Shown here in pieces: positions 29,700 to 39,649 of a stretch of DNA of 64,000 nt. The stretch comes from Bacteroidota bacterium. GTDB taxonomy: Bacteria; Bacteroidota; Bacteroidia; UKL13-3. Below the pieces are notes generated by a model, which did not search any database, was not told the origin of the DNA, and worked only from the letters and a program-made list of their open reading frames with translations. Location: the NCBI GenBank assembly GCA_027488905.1, contig JAIYAT010000020.1, positions 246,490-310,489 of the forward strand, in the 5' to 3' direction. Each line of letters opens with the position of its first letter. Position 1 is the first letter of the stretch. Both the position numbers and the translations under genes were made by a program.

Positions 29700-30404
29700 T
29701 TATTGAGGACAAGCATTTGCGGCCCAAAGTTGCAAGATTCTTTTGTTACACGCATTTAATGGTGTTCCGCCTTTTGGCATTGTTCCACCTAAAACACTTC
29801 CTACCACATTTCCATTAAGTGTAAATTGTTTGGCACTGGCATAAGTATCTAATATCACATTTCCACTAGAATTGTTAGCATTATGACAACCTACACAATT
29901 TGCGGTAAGCAACTTACTAACTTGCTTGGTGTAGGTAACATTTAGTGTATCGCAGCTACTTGAATTACAATCTACTTTTTTAGCTCCTTGGTTTATCCAT
30001 TTTGCAATAAGTGCAATTTGTGTAGCACTTAATTTTGCATTTGGTGGAGGTGGCATTATTTTATCTGGCTTTGTTTCTGTTATTACTTCATACAATTCAC
30101 TTTTCCCAGGATTGAATGGTGTAATTCTGCCAGAAGCCATTACATTGGTATAAGAATTTAATATAATTCCTTCGGCGGCAGTGCCAGAATCATGGCATCC
30201 ACTCATGGCGCAATTAGAATTTAAAATGGGTAATATGTCTTTGTCAAAATAGACAATGTTGGAGTCACAAGGTGTGGGATTATTATTCCCCGTAGTATCT
30301 GTTGGCTTAGTGGTTGGGTTAACAATTTCTGTTTTGTGTTGACAGGCTTCCAGAATAACTAAAAAGCCGAAAACTGTGAGTGTTATGAGTAGTAAATTTT
30401 TCAT
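29700..30404 (-). CDS. Lipoprotein with a PSCyt1-like cytochrome c domain plus a second CxxCH
   Basis: MKNLLLITLTVFGFLVILEAC.... ...SGCHDSG...ELYEVITETKPDKIMPPPPNAKLSATQIALIAKWINQGA is a PSCyt1-like signature. A second motif CVGCHN is present. Confidence 0.45.
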   Translation of the reverse strand: MKNLLLITLTVFGFLVILEACQHKTEIVNPTTKPTDTTGNNNPTPCDSNIVYFDKDILPILNSNCAMSGCHDSGTAAEGIILNSYTNVMASGRITPFNPGKSELYEVITETKPDKIMPPPPNAKLSATQIALIAKWINQGAKKVDCNSSSCDTLNVTYTKQVSKLLTANCVGCHNANNSSGNVILDTYASAKQFTLNGNVVGSVLGGTMPKGGTPLNACNKRILQLWAANACPQ

Positions 30405-30607
30405 TATTTAAATATTATTAATACTTAATTGAGTGTTGTGATTATAAAGGATATCGACCCTATTTCAAATTTTCTGATGCTATTGATAATTTTCTAATAT
30501 GTATATCGATATTAAGAACTTACGTCAAAGTTAATGAGATTAGGAAAAAAAATAACTGATTAAAAACATAAAATCGAAGCTATTCAATTGTTTCAAACCA
30601 AAACCTC

Positions 30608-31342
30608 CTAATTATTAAACTTACTGGCGTTGATAAATTCGTTTAATTCTTTGCAATCAGATTTTCCAAGTAAGCTTTTGTTTCCTTCCCAAAGTGCTTT
30701 CCCCTGATAAATAAAAACAATATGGTCGCCCATGTCAAATACACTTTTGATATCATGTGAATTGATGATGGTGGTAATATTGTATTCCTCTGTAATTTCT
30801 AAGATTAACTCGTCTATCACTCTAGAGGTAATAGGATCAAGTCCGCTATTGGGTTCATCACAAAACAAGTATTTAGGATTTAGCGCAATGGCACGGGCAA
30901 TGCCCACACGCTTCTTCATCCCACCACTGATATTAGAAGGAAATAGCTTATTTACATTTTCTAATCGTACCCTTTGTAAACAAAAATTAACACGTTCCTG
31001 TATTTCTGCTGCAGATTTTTGAGTAAACATTTGCAGCGGGAATGCCACATTATCCTCCACAGAAAGCGAATCAAACAAGGCCCCACCCTGAAACAACATT
31101 CCGATTTCTTGCCTAAGGTCTTTTTTTGCCTGATAGTCTAATTTTAAAAAGTCGCGCTTATCAAAACTTATACTGCCTGATTCGGGAGTTAACAAGCCCA
31201 CCATGCATTTCATTAAAACACTTTTTCCGCCCCCGCTTGCTCCTATCACAAAGCTACATTTACCTGGTTCAAATTTGGCCGAAATTCTATCTAGAACCTT
31301 TTTACCATTGAACTCCTTAACTATACTGCCAATTTCTATCAT
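30608..31342 (-). CDS. mlaF: ABC transporter ATP-binding protein, MlaF-like
   Basis: Walker A GASGGGKS, ABC signature ISGGMKKRVGIARA, Walker B LFCDEP. 244 aa, adjacent to the MlaE-like permease. Confidence 0.8.
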   Translation of the reverse strand: MIEIGSIVKEFNGKKVLDRISAKFEPGKCSFVIGASGGGKSVLMKCMVGLLTPESGSISFDKRDFLKLDYQAKKDLRQEIGMLFQGGALFDSLSVEDNVAFPLQMFTQKSAAEIQERVNFCLQRVRLENVNKLFPSNISGGMKKRVGIARAIALNPKYLFCDEPNSGLDPITSRVIDELILEITEEYNITTIINSHDIKSVFDMGDHIVFIYQGKALWEGNKSLLGKSDCKELNEFINASKFNN

Positions 31343-32112
31343 TATTTATAAAGCATTAATTGGGTGAGGATATAGTCAAAAAAGATGATAGCAATGCAGC
31401 TTTGAACCACTGCCTTGGTGCTGGCAGAACCTACTTCTAAAGCACCTCCTTGGGTTTGATAACCATGATACGCTGAAATGGAGGAAATTAAAAAGGCAGA
31501 AGTAACGGCTTTTGTTAAGGCATGCGTTACGTAAAATCCATCAAAGGTTTCTCTTAAGCCAGCTACATAAACATCTACCGAAACTATTTGGGTAAAAAAG
31601 CAGGAAATTCCCCCTCCCAAGTTTGATAAAAACATACTGTAAGTTACCAAAGCGGGTATAGCAAACAAAGCCGCTAAAATCTTAGGTAAACCTACATAGT
31701 TTGCAGAATTCAATCCCATAATTTCTAGTGCATCTATTTGTTCACTTACCTTCATGGTGCCAATCTCAGAGGCAATGTTTGAACCAATTTTACCAGCCAT
31801 TACCAAAGCTGTAATCGTAGGCGAAAACTCCAAAATATTGGCATCCCTAACAATTCTACCTAAAATGGTCATTGGCACCAAACTGCCTTGCAGCTGACTT
31901 CCAAACTGAATTACGGCTACTGCTCCTATAAAAACCGAGATTATAGAAACAATGCCAAAGGAGTCGTTACCCATTTTATAAACCTCTGTTAACAGGGCTC
32001 TCCTAAACATTTTACCTTTATCTGGAACCCTAAAGCAAGATCTCAGAAAAAGTAAATAGCTACCAAAAAACTCCAAAAATTTCATGGTCGAAATATACCT
32101 GATTCGCTGCAA
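31342..32112 (-). CDS. mlaE: ABC transporter permease, MlaE-like
   Basis: 256 aa polytopic permease of MlaE size and topology, translationally coupled to the MlaF-like ATPase. Confidence 0.7.
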   Translation of the reverse strand: MQRIRYISTMKFLEFFGSYLLFLRSCFRVPDKGKMFRRALLTEVYKMGNDSFGIVSIISVFIGAVAVIQFGSQLQGSLVPMTILGRIVRDANILEFSPTITALVMAGKIGSNIASEIGTMKVSEQIDALEIMGLNSANYVGLPKILAALFAIPALVTYSMFLSNLGGGISCFFTQIVSVDVYVAGLRETFDGFYVTHALTKAVTSAFLISSISAYHGYQTQGGALEVGSASTKAVVQSCIAIIFFDYILTQLMLYK

Positions 32113-32184
32113 ACTTCAAGAACCTTTGCCAAATTTGATTAATTTAGTGAACTCAAATAAAAAAGATAAATTTGCCCAATACTC

Positions 32185-32904
32185 ATGGATAAAAAACAGC
32201 ACCCAGCCTTGTTAATCACAGGTTGCACCAAAGGAATTGGCTTAGCAATTGTTAAAGAATTTGCCGCAAAAGGCTTTAATATCGCGGGTTGCGCCAGAAA
32301 TACGCAAGACCTATCAGACCTATATATTAGCCTTTCTACCCAATATTCCTCACAACATTTCTTAATGGAAACCTGCGATGCAGCCAATATTGATGAACTT
32401 AAACAATTTGCAGCCGACGCCCTAAAAGAATTTGGCAGCATTGAGGTTTTAATTAACAATGCCGGACTTTTTGAACCAGGAAACATTTTAGATGAACCCG
32501 AAGGTCAATTTGAAAAGCTATGGCAGGTAAATCTCACTTCTGCTTATCATATGTGCCGCGCAGTGGTGCCAAGCATGGTTCAAAATAAAAATGGCCATGT
32601 ATTTAATATTTGCTCAGTTGCAAGTATCAAAGCATACCCCAACGGCGGCTCCTATAGTATCAGTAAATTTGGTTTGTTCGGTTTGAACCAAACCCTTCGG
32701 GAAGAAGTTAAGCAGCACAATGTTCGCGTAACTGCCATTTTACCCGGAGCTACTTACACCCAAAGTTGGGCCTCCTCAGACATGCCCGAAGAACGCTTTA
32801 TGACCGCAGAAGACATTGCCAAAATTGTTTGGAGTAGTTATGAACTTTCTGAAAGATCAAATGTTGAACAAATTATTATCAGACCCATGCTTGGGGATAT
32901 TTAG
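32185..32904 (+). CDS. Short-chain dehydrogenase/reductase (SDR)
   Basis: N-terminal TGCTKGIGLAI (TGxxxGIG Rossmann). NNAG motif (LINNAG). Catalytic S...YxxxK (YSISKFG). Confidence 0.8.
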   Translation: MDKKQHPALLITGCTKGIGLAIVKEFAAKGFNIAGCARNTQDLSDLYISLSTQYSSQHFLMETCDAANIDELKQFAADALKEFGSIEVLINNAGLFEPGNILDEPEGQFEKLWQVNLTSAYHMCRAVVPSMVQNKNGHVFNICSVASIKAYPNGGSYSISKFGLFGLNQTLREEVKQHNVRVTAILPGATYTQSWASSDMPEERFMTAEDIAKIVWSSYELSERSNVEQIIIRPMLGDI

Positions 32905-32918
32905 AGAAATTTAACCAA

Positions 32919-34877
32919 ATGAATCAACTACCATTATTTACAGATAGCCTAGTAAAGTACCAAAGGAGAAAAACCATTACTGCTCAAATTGGCGATTTAG
33001 CTTTGGGCAGTGAACACCCCATTAGAATACAAAGCATGACCACCACAGATACCATGGATACTGATGGGTCTGTTGCGCAAATCATTAGAATGGTTGAAGC
33101 AGGTTGTGAGTTGGTAAGGCTTACTGCTCCTAGTATCAAAGAAGCTCAAAACTTAGTAGCCATAAAAAAATCTCTTCATGATAAAGGTATCTATGTTCCT
33201 TTAGTGGCAGATATTCATTTTACACCAAATGCAGCAGAATTGGCAGCACGCATTGTAGAAAAAGTAAGAATCAACCCTGGGAACTACGCAGATAAGAAGA
33301 AGTTTCAAGTGATAGATTATACAGATGCCGATTACCAAGCAGAAATAGAACGCATCAGAGAAAAGTTTATTCCGCTTGTAAAAATTTGTAAAGAATATGG
33401 CACTGCCATGCGCATTGGCACTAACCATGGTTCACTTAGCGACCGTATTCTAAGTAAATACGGCGATACGCCGCTTGGCATGGTAGAAAGTGCCATGGAA
33501 TTTTTGAGAATCTGCGAAGACGAAGGTTATAAAAACATAGTGCTTTCTATGAAGGCCAGTAACCCGCAAGTAATGGTTCAGGCCTATCGGCTTTTGGTTC
33601 AAACCATGAACCTAAACAACATGCATTACCCTTTGCACTTGGGCGTAACAGAAGCGGGAGATGGCGATGATGGTCGAATTAAATCTGCTTTAGGAATTGG
33701 CGCTTTGTTGGAAGATGGCATTGGGGACACTATCCGGGTTTCGTTAACAGAAGACCCAGAATTTGAAGTACCCGTAGCCCAACGATTAGCCAACCGATAT
33801 ACTAACAGGGCAAATCATGCAGTGATTCAGCCTGCATCAACCCTTTTCGAAAAAGAACCACAATTATTCTATAGCTACCAAAAAAGACAAACCAAAGAAG
33901 TTTATAATTTTGGCGCAGGACATGTGCCAAGGGTAATTGCCAATTTTAGCGAATCGCCATTAAAACATGAAGATTTAGCAAAGGTAGGATTTGAGTATTT
34001 ACCAGAAACCGATAAGTGGAGCATGTCTGAATTGGGTGCCGATTTTGTTTATTTGGGCAATAAGGCGTGTGAGTTTATGCTTCCGGTTGGACTAAAAGCT
34101 ATTTATGATTTAGGAACTTGGCAATTACAAACAGACAAAACCAATGCCTTTCCATTGGTTACGTTGGACGAATTTAAAACTGGAAATGCCTTTTCAAGTA
34201 CCTTAAACTTTCTACATTTAAACACATCAGACTTTTCATCAACCGATTGGGTTCAAAAAGTAAAAAGTCTTTCTTCTTTCGTTTTGATCCTAGAAAGTCA
34301 TCATGAGGCGGCAATGCCAGATTTACGAAATGCCTTTGCTTTACTGAAAGAAAATGAAATCAACTTACCCGTGGTGATTGCTTTGAATGAAAACCATGGA
34401 AATTCGGCAATATCTCTTGATTTAACAATGTTATACAGTTCAACTGATTTGGGCAGCTTGTTAATTGATGGCATGGGAGACGGTGTGTTTTTTATGAAAA
34501 GTACACAAGATAAAAAACGCTTAAATGATATTTCTTTTGGTATTCTTCAAGCTGCAAGAGTAAGAATAAGCAAAACTGAATACATCAGTTGCCCTAGCTG
34601 CGGCCGCACTTTATTTGATTTGCAGGAAACCACTGCCATGATTAGGAAAAGAACAGACCATTTAAAAGGCGTAAAAATTGCCATCATGGGTTGTATTGTG
34701 AACGGCCCAGGAGAAATGGCAGATGCAGATTATGGTTATGTAGGTTCAGGCGTTGGAAAAATCACTTTGTATAAAGGAAAAGAAGTGGTAAAGAAATCGG
34801 TAAATGCAGGTGAAGCAGTGGATGAGCTAATAGAATTGATAAAATCTGATGGAAATTGGGTAGAAACTAAAAACTAA
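32919..34877 (+). CDS. ispG: 4-hydroxy-3-methylbut-2-enyl diphosphate synthase (long-form GcpE/IspG)
   Basis: ...IQSMTTTDTMDT...VRLTAPS...HFTPNAA...RINPGNY N-terminal TIM-barrel signature. C-terminal SCPSCGRT...GCIVNGPGE [4Fe-4S] cluster motif. 652 aa with the central insertion typical of Bacteroidota. Confidence 0.9.
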   Translation: MNQLPLFTDSLVKYQRRKTITAQIGDLALGSEHPIRIQSMTTTDTMDTDGSVAQIIRMVEAGCELVRLTAPSIKEAQNLVAIKKSLHDKGIYVPLVADIHFTPNAAELAARIVEKVRINPGNYADKKKFQVIDYTDADYQAEIERIREKFIPLVKICKEYGTAMRIGTNHGSLSDRILSKYGDTPLGMVESAMEFLRICEDEGYKNIVLSMKASNPQVMVQAYRLLVQTMNLNNMHYPLHLGVTEAGDGDDGRIKSALGIGALLEDGIGDTIRVSLTEDPEFEVPVAQRLANRYTNRANHAVIQPASTLFEKEPQLFYSYQKRQTKEVYNFGAGHVPRVIANFSESPLKHEDLAKVGFEYLPETDKWSMSELGADFVYLGNKACEFMLPVGLKAIYDLGTWQLQTDKTNAFPLVTLDEFKTGNAFSSTLNFLHLNTSDFSSTDWVQKVKSLSSFVLILESHHEAAMPDLRNAFALLKENEINLPVVIALNENHGNSAISLDLTMLYSSTDLGSLLIDGMGDGVFFMKSTQDKKRLNDISFGILQAARVRISKTEYISCPSCGRTLFDLQETTAMIRKRTDHLKGVKIAIMGCIVNGPGEMADADYGYVGSGVGKITLYKGKEVVKKSVNAGEAVDELIELIKSDGNWVETKN

Positions 34878-34962
34878 AGCAACCCTTTTAAGAAATAATG
34901 TGACTAAATTGTATATTCGTGTGAAAGAACTATTTTCGTAAACTTAAAATTCTTCAATAAAA

Positions 34963-36351
34963 ATGAAAAAACTGTTACTATCAGCTATTGCCGCTCTATC
35001 TATTGGAAGTGCTGCTATGGCTCAAAAAATTGACAACCGCAGTGATATTCGTCACAAAGCGGAAAATGTCTATGCAAATCCTTTCAAAAACAGCACCTCG
35101 AATAAAGGTGGAGAACCTGTTTCTGCGTGGTACTCAACCATAGACTTGATTCAAAAAAGTAATGTAGGTACCGCTTTACAAGGGTATGTAGATTTCATGG
35201 TTCATGACTCTTTAAACAAATTTGTAGAAGACGACGGAACTATTCGTTATGGCGGAACAACCTCTATTGGTCATATTTTTGACCCTAAAGATGATTTAAT
35301 CGAATTAACAGATAACCCTAATAACAGATTGTCTCGTTTCAATAGTTACAAGTTAGATAGTATTGCTTTCCGTTATTTATATGTTCGTAACGTAGATAGA
35401 GTTCCTGATGGAATGGGTGGAGACAGACCAGTTGTTGATACTGTTTTTATAACCTATTGGAGAACTAATCAAATAAGCAGAGGTTCTTTGGTAAACCAAC
35501 AAGGTCAAACAGTTGGTATTTTTGCTAGACCTGCTGGAGCTTGGAATTTCAGCAAACGTTTACCTTCTGGATATATTGACATTGATACTGTTTTGCTTTC
35601 TTCAGGTGCAAATGGAATCATGGATACTACTAGAGCTAATAATAACAATGGTTTTGAAAATTCATGGCCAAGTAAAGTTGCTTCTTTTAAAGCACCTAAT
35701 GGCATTAACATTAATGCAGGAAGTGGCACAAGTCAAGATCTTTTAGTAGGATTTGCCTTTACCTTCAAATCTGGTATTCCTGCTGTTGTAGGACAAGATA
35801 CTGCAGTATTCATTTACCAATTAGACCCAGCAACTGCGCCAGCAGGCATGCGCAGAAATAACTATTTTGGTTATGGTTTATTCTTAAATGAAGGTGCAAT
35901 TGGTTATGAAAGTCAATACTATAATACTCCTTTAATGGCCTTAAAAGGACCTTCTTATTCAACTCAGAATTCTTGGGCTGGTTACATCCCTGGACAAGCT
36001 TTCAACCAAGAACGTTTTGCTGAAACTTATTTCCATATTACTGTTGATACTTCTAATGGTAAGCCAGGTGTTGGCTTAACAGAAAATGCAGGTGTAAGTA
36101 TCTTAAGTGTATATCCTAACCCAACTTCAACAAGCGCAACTGTTGCATTCGAAGTTGCAAAAGCTGGTGAGGTAGAAGTTACTTTGGTTAACCTATTGGG
36201 TCAAACCGTAAAATCTTTTGACTACGGTAAAGTAACCAATGGCAAATACGAATTGAAAATGGATTTGAACAATTTAAATGCAGGTATTTACATGGTTAAT
36301 GTAAAAGTTGCTGGTTCAGAAACAACTCAAAAATTAGTTATCACTAAATAA
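34963..36351 (+). CDS. Secreted protein with a T9SS C-terminal sorting domain
   Basis: Signal peptide MKKLLLSAIAALSIGSAAMAQ. The C-terminus ...SVYPNPTSTSATVAFEV...GIYMVNVKVAGSETTQKLVITK is a T9SS CTD. Confidence 0.6.
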   Translation: MKKLLLSAIAALSIGSAAMAQKIDNRSDIRHKAENVYANPFKNSTSNKGGEPVSAWYSTIDLIQKSNVGTALQGYVDFMVHDSLNKFVEDDGTIRYGGTTSIGHIFDPKDDLIELTDNPNNRLSRFNSYKLDSIAFRYLYVRNVDRVPDGMGGDRPVVDTVFITYWRTNQISRGSLVNQQGQTVGIFARPAGAWNFSKRLPSGYIDIDTVLLSSGANGIMDTTRANNNNGFENSWPSKVASFKAPNGININAGSGTSQDLLVGFAFTFKSGIPAVVGQDTAVFIYQLDPATAPAGMRRNNYFGYGLFLNEGAIGYESQYYNTPLMALKGPSYSTQNSWAGYIPGQAFNQERFAETYFHITVDTSNGKPGVGLTENAGVSILSVYPNPTSTSATVAFEVAKAGEVEVTLVNLLGQTVKSFDYGKVTNGKYELKMDLNNLNAGIYMVNVKVAGSETTQKLVITK

Positions 36352-36370
36352 TTAATATTCTAATTTAAAA

Positions 36371-36409
36371 AGCCTGCCATAAATATTTATGGCAGGCTTT
36401 TTTTTGCAT
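36371..36409 (+). terminator. Rho-independent terminator
   Basis: aagcctgccataaatatttatggcaggcttttttttg: a 15-bp stem followed by a T-run. Confidence 0.75.
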
Positions 36410-36582
36410 ATACATTTGCAATAATTTGCTCTAATTATATGGATTAGATGAGCATGTATCCACAAGTAAATGAGCATAATTTAATTTGGCAAAATTCAGG
36501 CATAAGCTCAACTTTGTAGAGTAATTACTAAAACTTAAAGTAATTAGAGTTAACTGAACCATAGAAAAATATAGCCATAGAT

Positions 36583-36774
36583 ATGAAAAAAATGATTAGA
36601 ATTTTTGCAATTGCTTTGTTCTTGCAAATTCCTTTAGTATTAAGCGCTCAACCTGGATTTGAGGATGATGTTGATGATGTTCCATTGGATGGAGGTATTT
36701 CAGTTCTTTTAATGGCAGGTGCTGCTTATGGTGCTAAGAAAATATATCAATCTAAGCAGCTTAAAAACAACTAA
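36583..36774 (+). CDS. Small secreted protein with a PEP-CTERM / GlyGly-CTERM-like tripartite C-terminus
   Basis: 63 aa made of signal peptide (MKKMIRIFAIALFLQIPLVLSAQ), acidic linker (EDDVDDVPLDGG), TM helix (ISVLLMAGAAYGA) and basic tail (KKIYQSKQLKNN). Its own terminator lies at 36796-36830. Confidence 0.35.
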   Translation: MKKMIRIFAIALFLQIPLVLSAQPGFEDDVDDVPLDGGISVLLMAGAAYGAKKIYQSKQLKNN

Positions 36775-36962
36775 TTAAAAAAAATTGCTCTAAAAGAGAA
36801 TAGCTTAGAGAGTTATTCTCTTTTTTTTGGCCTATTTTCAAATTATGCTGATTGTTAAGGTTAAGTAGAATCAAAGTTTTAAACACATTCAATTTGTCTA
36901 TTGTAGCAAAAATAAAAGAACTTAAGCTAGGAGCTTTTCCTTTCATAAATATTCTATTATTT

Positions 36963-38087
36963 ATGGTTTTTATTTTAGGTGCAAACTTCATTGCCCTTGC
37001 TCAAAACATATCTAATAAATTAGAGCAACTCAAAAACAAACCCATTTATAAGGAGATAATTTCTGATGACACTTCTGGTGCACCAAAATTCCTAATCTAC
37101 CCTACTATCGCATACACACCAGAAACTAAATGGGAAATTGGTATTTTTAACTTGTTTTTGTTTCACGCTAAAAGAAATTATCAAAACCGTCTTAATGAAA
37201 TTAACACCTTTACTTTTGTTACTACACAAAAGCAATACGGTTTTTGGCTAGACCACGCAATTTATACAGATAAAGACAATTGGTTCTTTTTAGGCAAAGG
37301 GCGCTTTCAATATTTCCCTTTAAAATATTACGGAATTGGGCCCAATTCACCCAAAAAATATACTGTTGTAAGCAATGGTAGCTTGCAGGTGAGGGAGAGA
37401 ATTCTTCGTAAAATTAAAGAAAACTTTTATGCTGGAGTAGAATTTGACCATCAGCGGATCTTTAATGTATCATTTAATTTAGATAACAGCAAAACTAACT
37501 TTGATTTCCCAGTAGGTGCTAGCGGTTCCGCTAATACAGGCATTGGACTTGGCATAGTTTACGACGATAGGAAAAACGTCTTAAATGTGCGCAAGGGAAT
37601 GTTTGCAGAATTGGCTTACCTAGAATATTCGAAACTACTTTTTAGCGATATCCCCTTCCGCTCTTTTCAATATGATATTAGATATTTTAGAAAAGGATTT
37701 TCAAAGAACCAAGTCTTCGCAGTACAAAGCAATGGTATGACCAATTTGGGGAATGTACCCTTTAACCAATTGGCACTTATGGGCGGCGAAAGCATGATGC
37801 GTGGCTATTACCTTGGCAGATTTAGAGACAAAACCATGATTAACCTACAAGCAGAATACCGCTTTTTGCCACTTCCTTTTTCTAAAACTGTTGGTGCCGC
37901 TATTTTTGCCTCTATTGGGAATGTAGCTGAAACACCTGGTTCAATAAAACTTTCAACCACAAAATTTGCTGGTGGTGCTGGACTTAAATACCTTGTTTTT
38001 AAATCAAAAGATGTTTACGTAAGAGCTGATTTTGCATTTACCAATGAGGGCAATGGCATTTATTTATACATTGGTGAGGCCTTTTAA
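36963..38087 (+). CDS. Omp85/bacterial-surface-antigen (D15)-like outer-membrane beta-barrel protein
   Basis: ...GGESMMRGYYLGRFRDKTMINLQAEYRF...AGGAGLKYLV...ADFAFTNEGNGIYLYIGEAF is a D15 beta-barrel signature. The start was placed at the Met preceding the signal peptide (MVFILGANFIALAQ); the ORF-track start of 36852 gives an implausibly long N-region. Confidence 0.45.
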   Translation: MVFILGANFIALAQNISNKLEQLKNKPIYKEIISDDTSGAPKFLIYPTIAYTPETKWEIGIFNLFLFHAKRNYQNRLNEINTFTFVTTQKQYGFWLDHAIYTDKDNWFFLGKGRFQYFPLKYYGIGPNSPKKYTVVSNGSLQVRERILRKIKENFYAGVEFDHQRIFNVSFNLDNSKTNFDFPVGASGSANTGIGLGIVYDDRKNVLNVRKGMFAELAYLEYSKLLFSDIPFRSFQYDIRYFRKGFSKNQVFAVQSNGMTNLGNVPFNQLALMGGESMMRGYYLGRFRDKTMINLQAEYRFLPLPFSKTVGAAIFASIGNVAETPGSIKLSTTKFAGGAGLKYLVFKSKDVYVRADFAFTNEGNGIYLYIGEAF

Positions 38088-38180
38088 CTAAGCTTGTTAG
38101 CCATAAAAAAAGGCCGATAAATATTATCGACCTTTTCAATTGAATTAGAATCTTAAACCAAAGCCTAAAGGCAAAATAAC

Positions 38181-39638
38181 TTAATCGAATGAAACAAGTG
38201 TAAGTCCTGCAGTAAAGGCTCTCACGTCAGGATTTCCATTGGATGTATTAAAGTAAGGTGTTAAATTATAATTGGCAAATGCCCTGAACCAACCATACCC
38301 AACTCTAACCGTGCCTGTAAGTCTAAATGGGTTGATATTATAATCATCTCTTATTTGTAGATTTTCGTTATATCCATTGGCAGTGCTTTCAAGACGCAAT
38401 TGTGATAATGCATTATAAGAACCTATAACTCCCGCCGCAAAATGAAATCCATTCTTTGACTTGGCTGTTCTTGGTGCAAACTTGAGCATCAATGGCACAC
38501 TGATATTGAAATTGTACATTCTATTTCTGGACATGGGCTTATATCCAGAATCGGCGCTTACTGTAGAGATGTTTGGAATCAAAATTCTTTCTGTGTTAAA
38601 TTCTAAGGTTTGAAATTCCATTCCCAATCCTGTAGTTAAAGCTAATTTGTTACGCACAATTTGTAAATCCTTTTCAAATAGGTTCAAACCGTAAAACCAA
38701 GATTTTGAGATATCTGTTTTTAGAAAATCATACTGGGTTGGAATTGCTTTGCCAAGTTGGTTGTCAGTTAAACCACCCATGCCTAATTCAAAGCCAGCAT
38801 ATACCCCTTTCATTTCTTTCTTTCTAGGCTTTCTTAGTTTACTCATGCCTTCCTCATCATCCTTTTCAATGATGATATCATCTCCTTGATCAATGATGAT
38901 AAACTTCTTTTTTCCAAAGGCAATTCGGGTTGTATCATCGTGATTTTCTCGCTCATCTTTCAAACTTTTACCAGTGGTTGCATCCACAATATTTGCCACA
39001 CCACTCACATTGATTTTTCTGGTTACTGGCTCTCCAGCATAACTTCCTTTTGAAGCACCAGAAGCATCAACATTTAATAGCTCCGAAGCATAAACTTCGA
39101 ACTGCGAAGCGCCAGAGGCCTCTAAATTAAACTGCTTGGTTTTTAAATCGGCAGCATACAATTTAGAAGCACCTGTAAGTTCAACATTAGCAGTATCCGC
39201 AATGCCAGTTAAGGTAACTTTTGAAACACCTGAGGATTCAATAATTAGTTTCTTTACTTCCAAATTCAGATTTACTTTTACCGAACCATTGCATTCAATC
39301 TCTAAGGTTTCACCTTTAATTACACTCCCCTTTTCGCTTGCAATACTCGCTGTGCCATTTAATTCTATTTGTTTTAGGTTCACAAAATAGATGAGCAATG
39401 GCTCAGAAGAAGAAGGCACATTCTTTTTTAACTCAATTTCTAACACCCCATTTTTAATTTCAAATTCATAGGCATTTAAGTCTTTTGAATGACTAGCCTT
39501 TGCTTTGTCGGAGGCTACTAATTTAACCTGAATTGGAACCTCCACTTCAATGGCGTTAAAATCTCCTAAGATAGCTTCTGTTTGTGCATTCGCTCCTAAT
39601 CCAAGTAGCAAAAGCAGCATTACTTTTATGTATTTCAT
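38181..39638 (-). CDS. Secreted DUF4097/DUF2807 (GIN-domain)-like beta-helical repeat protein with a C-terminal beta-barrel-like region
   Basis: Signal peptide MKYIKVMLLLLLGLGANAQ. Repeated ...SG(A/V)S... strands (LTGASKLYAADLKTKQFNLEASGASQFEVYASELLNVDASGASKG). Sits downstream of the ECF sigma/anti-sigma pair, the conserved Bacteroidota triad. Confidence 0.45.
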   Translation of the reverse strand: MKYIKVMLLLLLGLGANAQTEAILGDFNAIEVEVPIQVKLVASDKAKASHSKDLNAYEFEIKNGVLEIELKKNVPSSSEPLLIYFVNLKQIELNGTASIASEKGSVIKGETLEIECNGSVKVNLNLEVKKLIIESSGVSKVTLTGIADTANVELTGASKLYAADLKTKQFNLEASGASQFEVYASELLNVDASGASKGSYAGEPVTRKINVSGVANIVDATTGKSLKDERENHDDTTRIAFGKKKFIIIDQGDDIIIEKDDEEGMSKLRKPRKKEMKGVYAGFELGMGGLTDNQLGKAIPTQYDFLKTDISKSWFYGLNLFEKDLQIVRNKLALTTGLGMEFQTLEFNTERILIPNISTVSADSGYKPMSRNRMYNFNISVPLMLKFAPRTAKSKNGFHFAAGVIGSYNALSQLRLESTANGYNENLQIRDDYNINPFRLTGTVRVGYGWFRAFANYNLTPYFNTSNGNPDVRAFTAGLTLVSFD

Positions 39639-39649
39639 AATTTATATAT

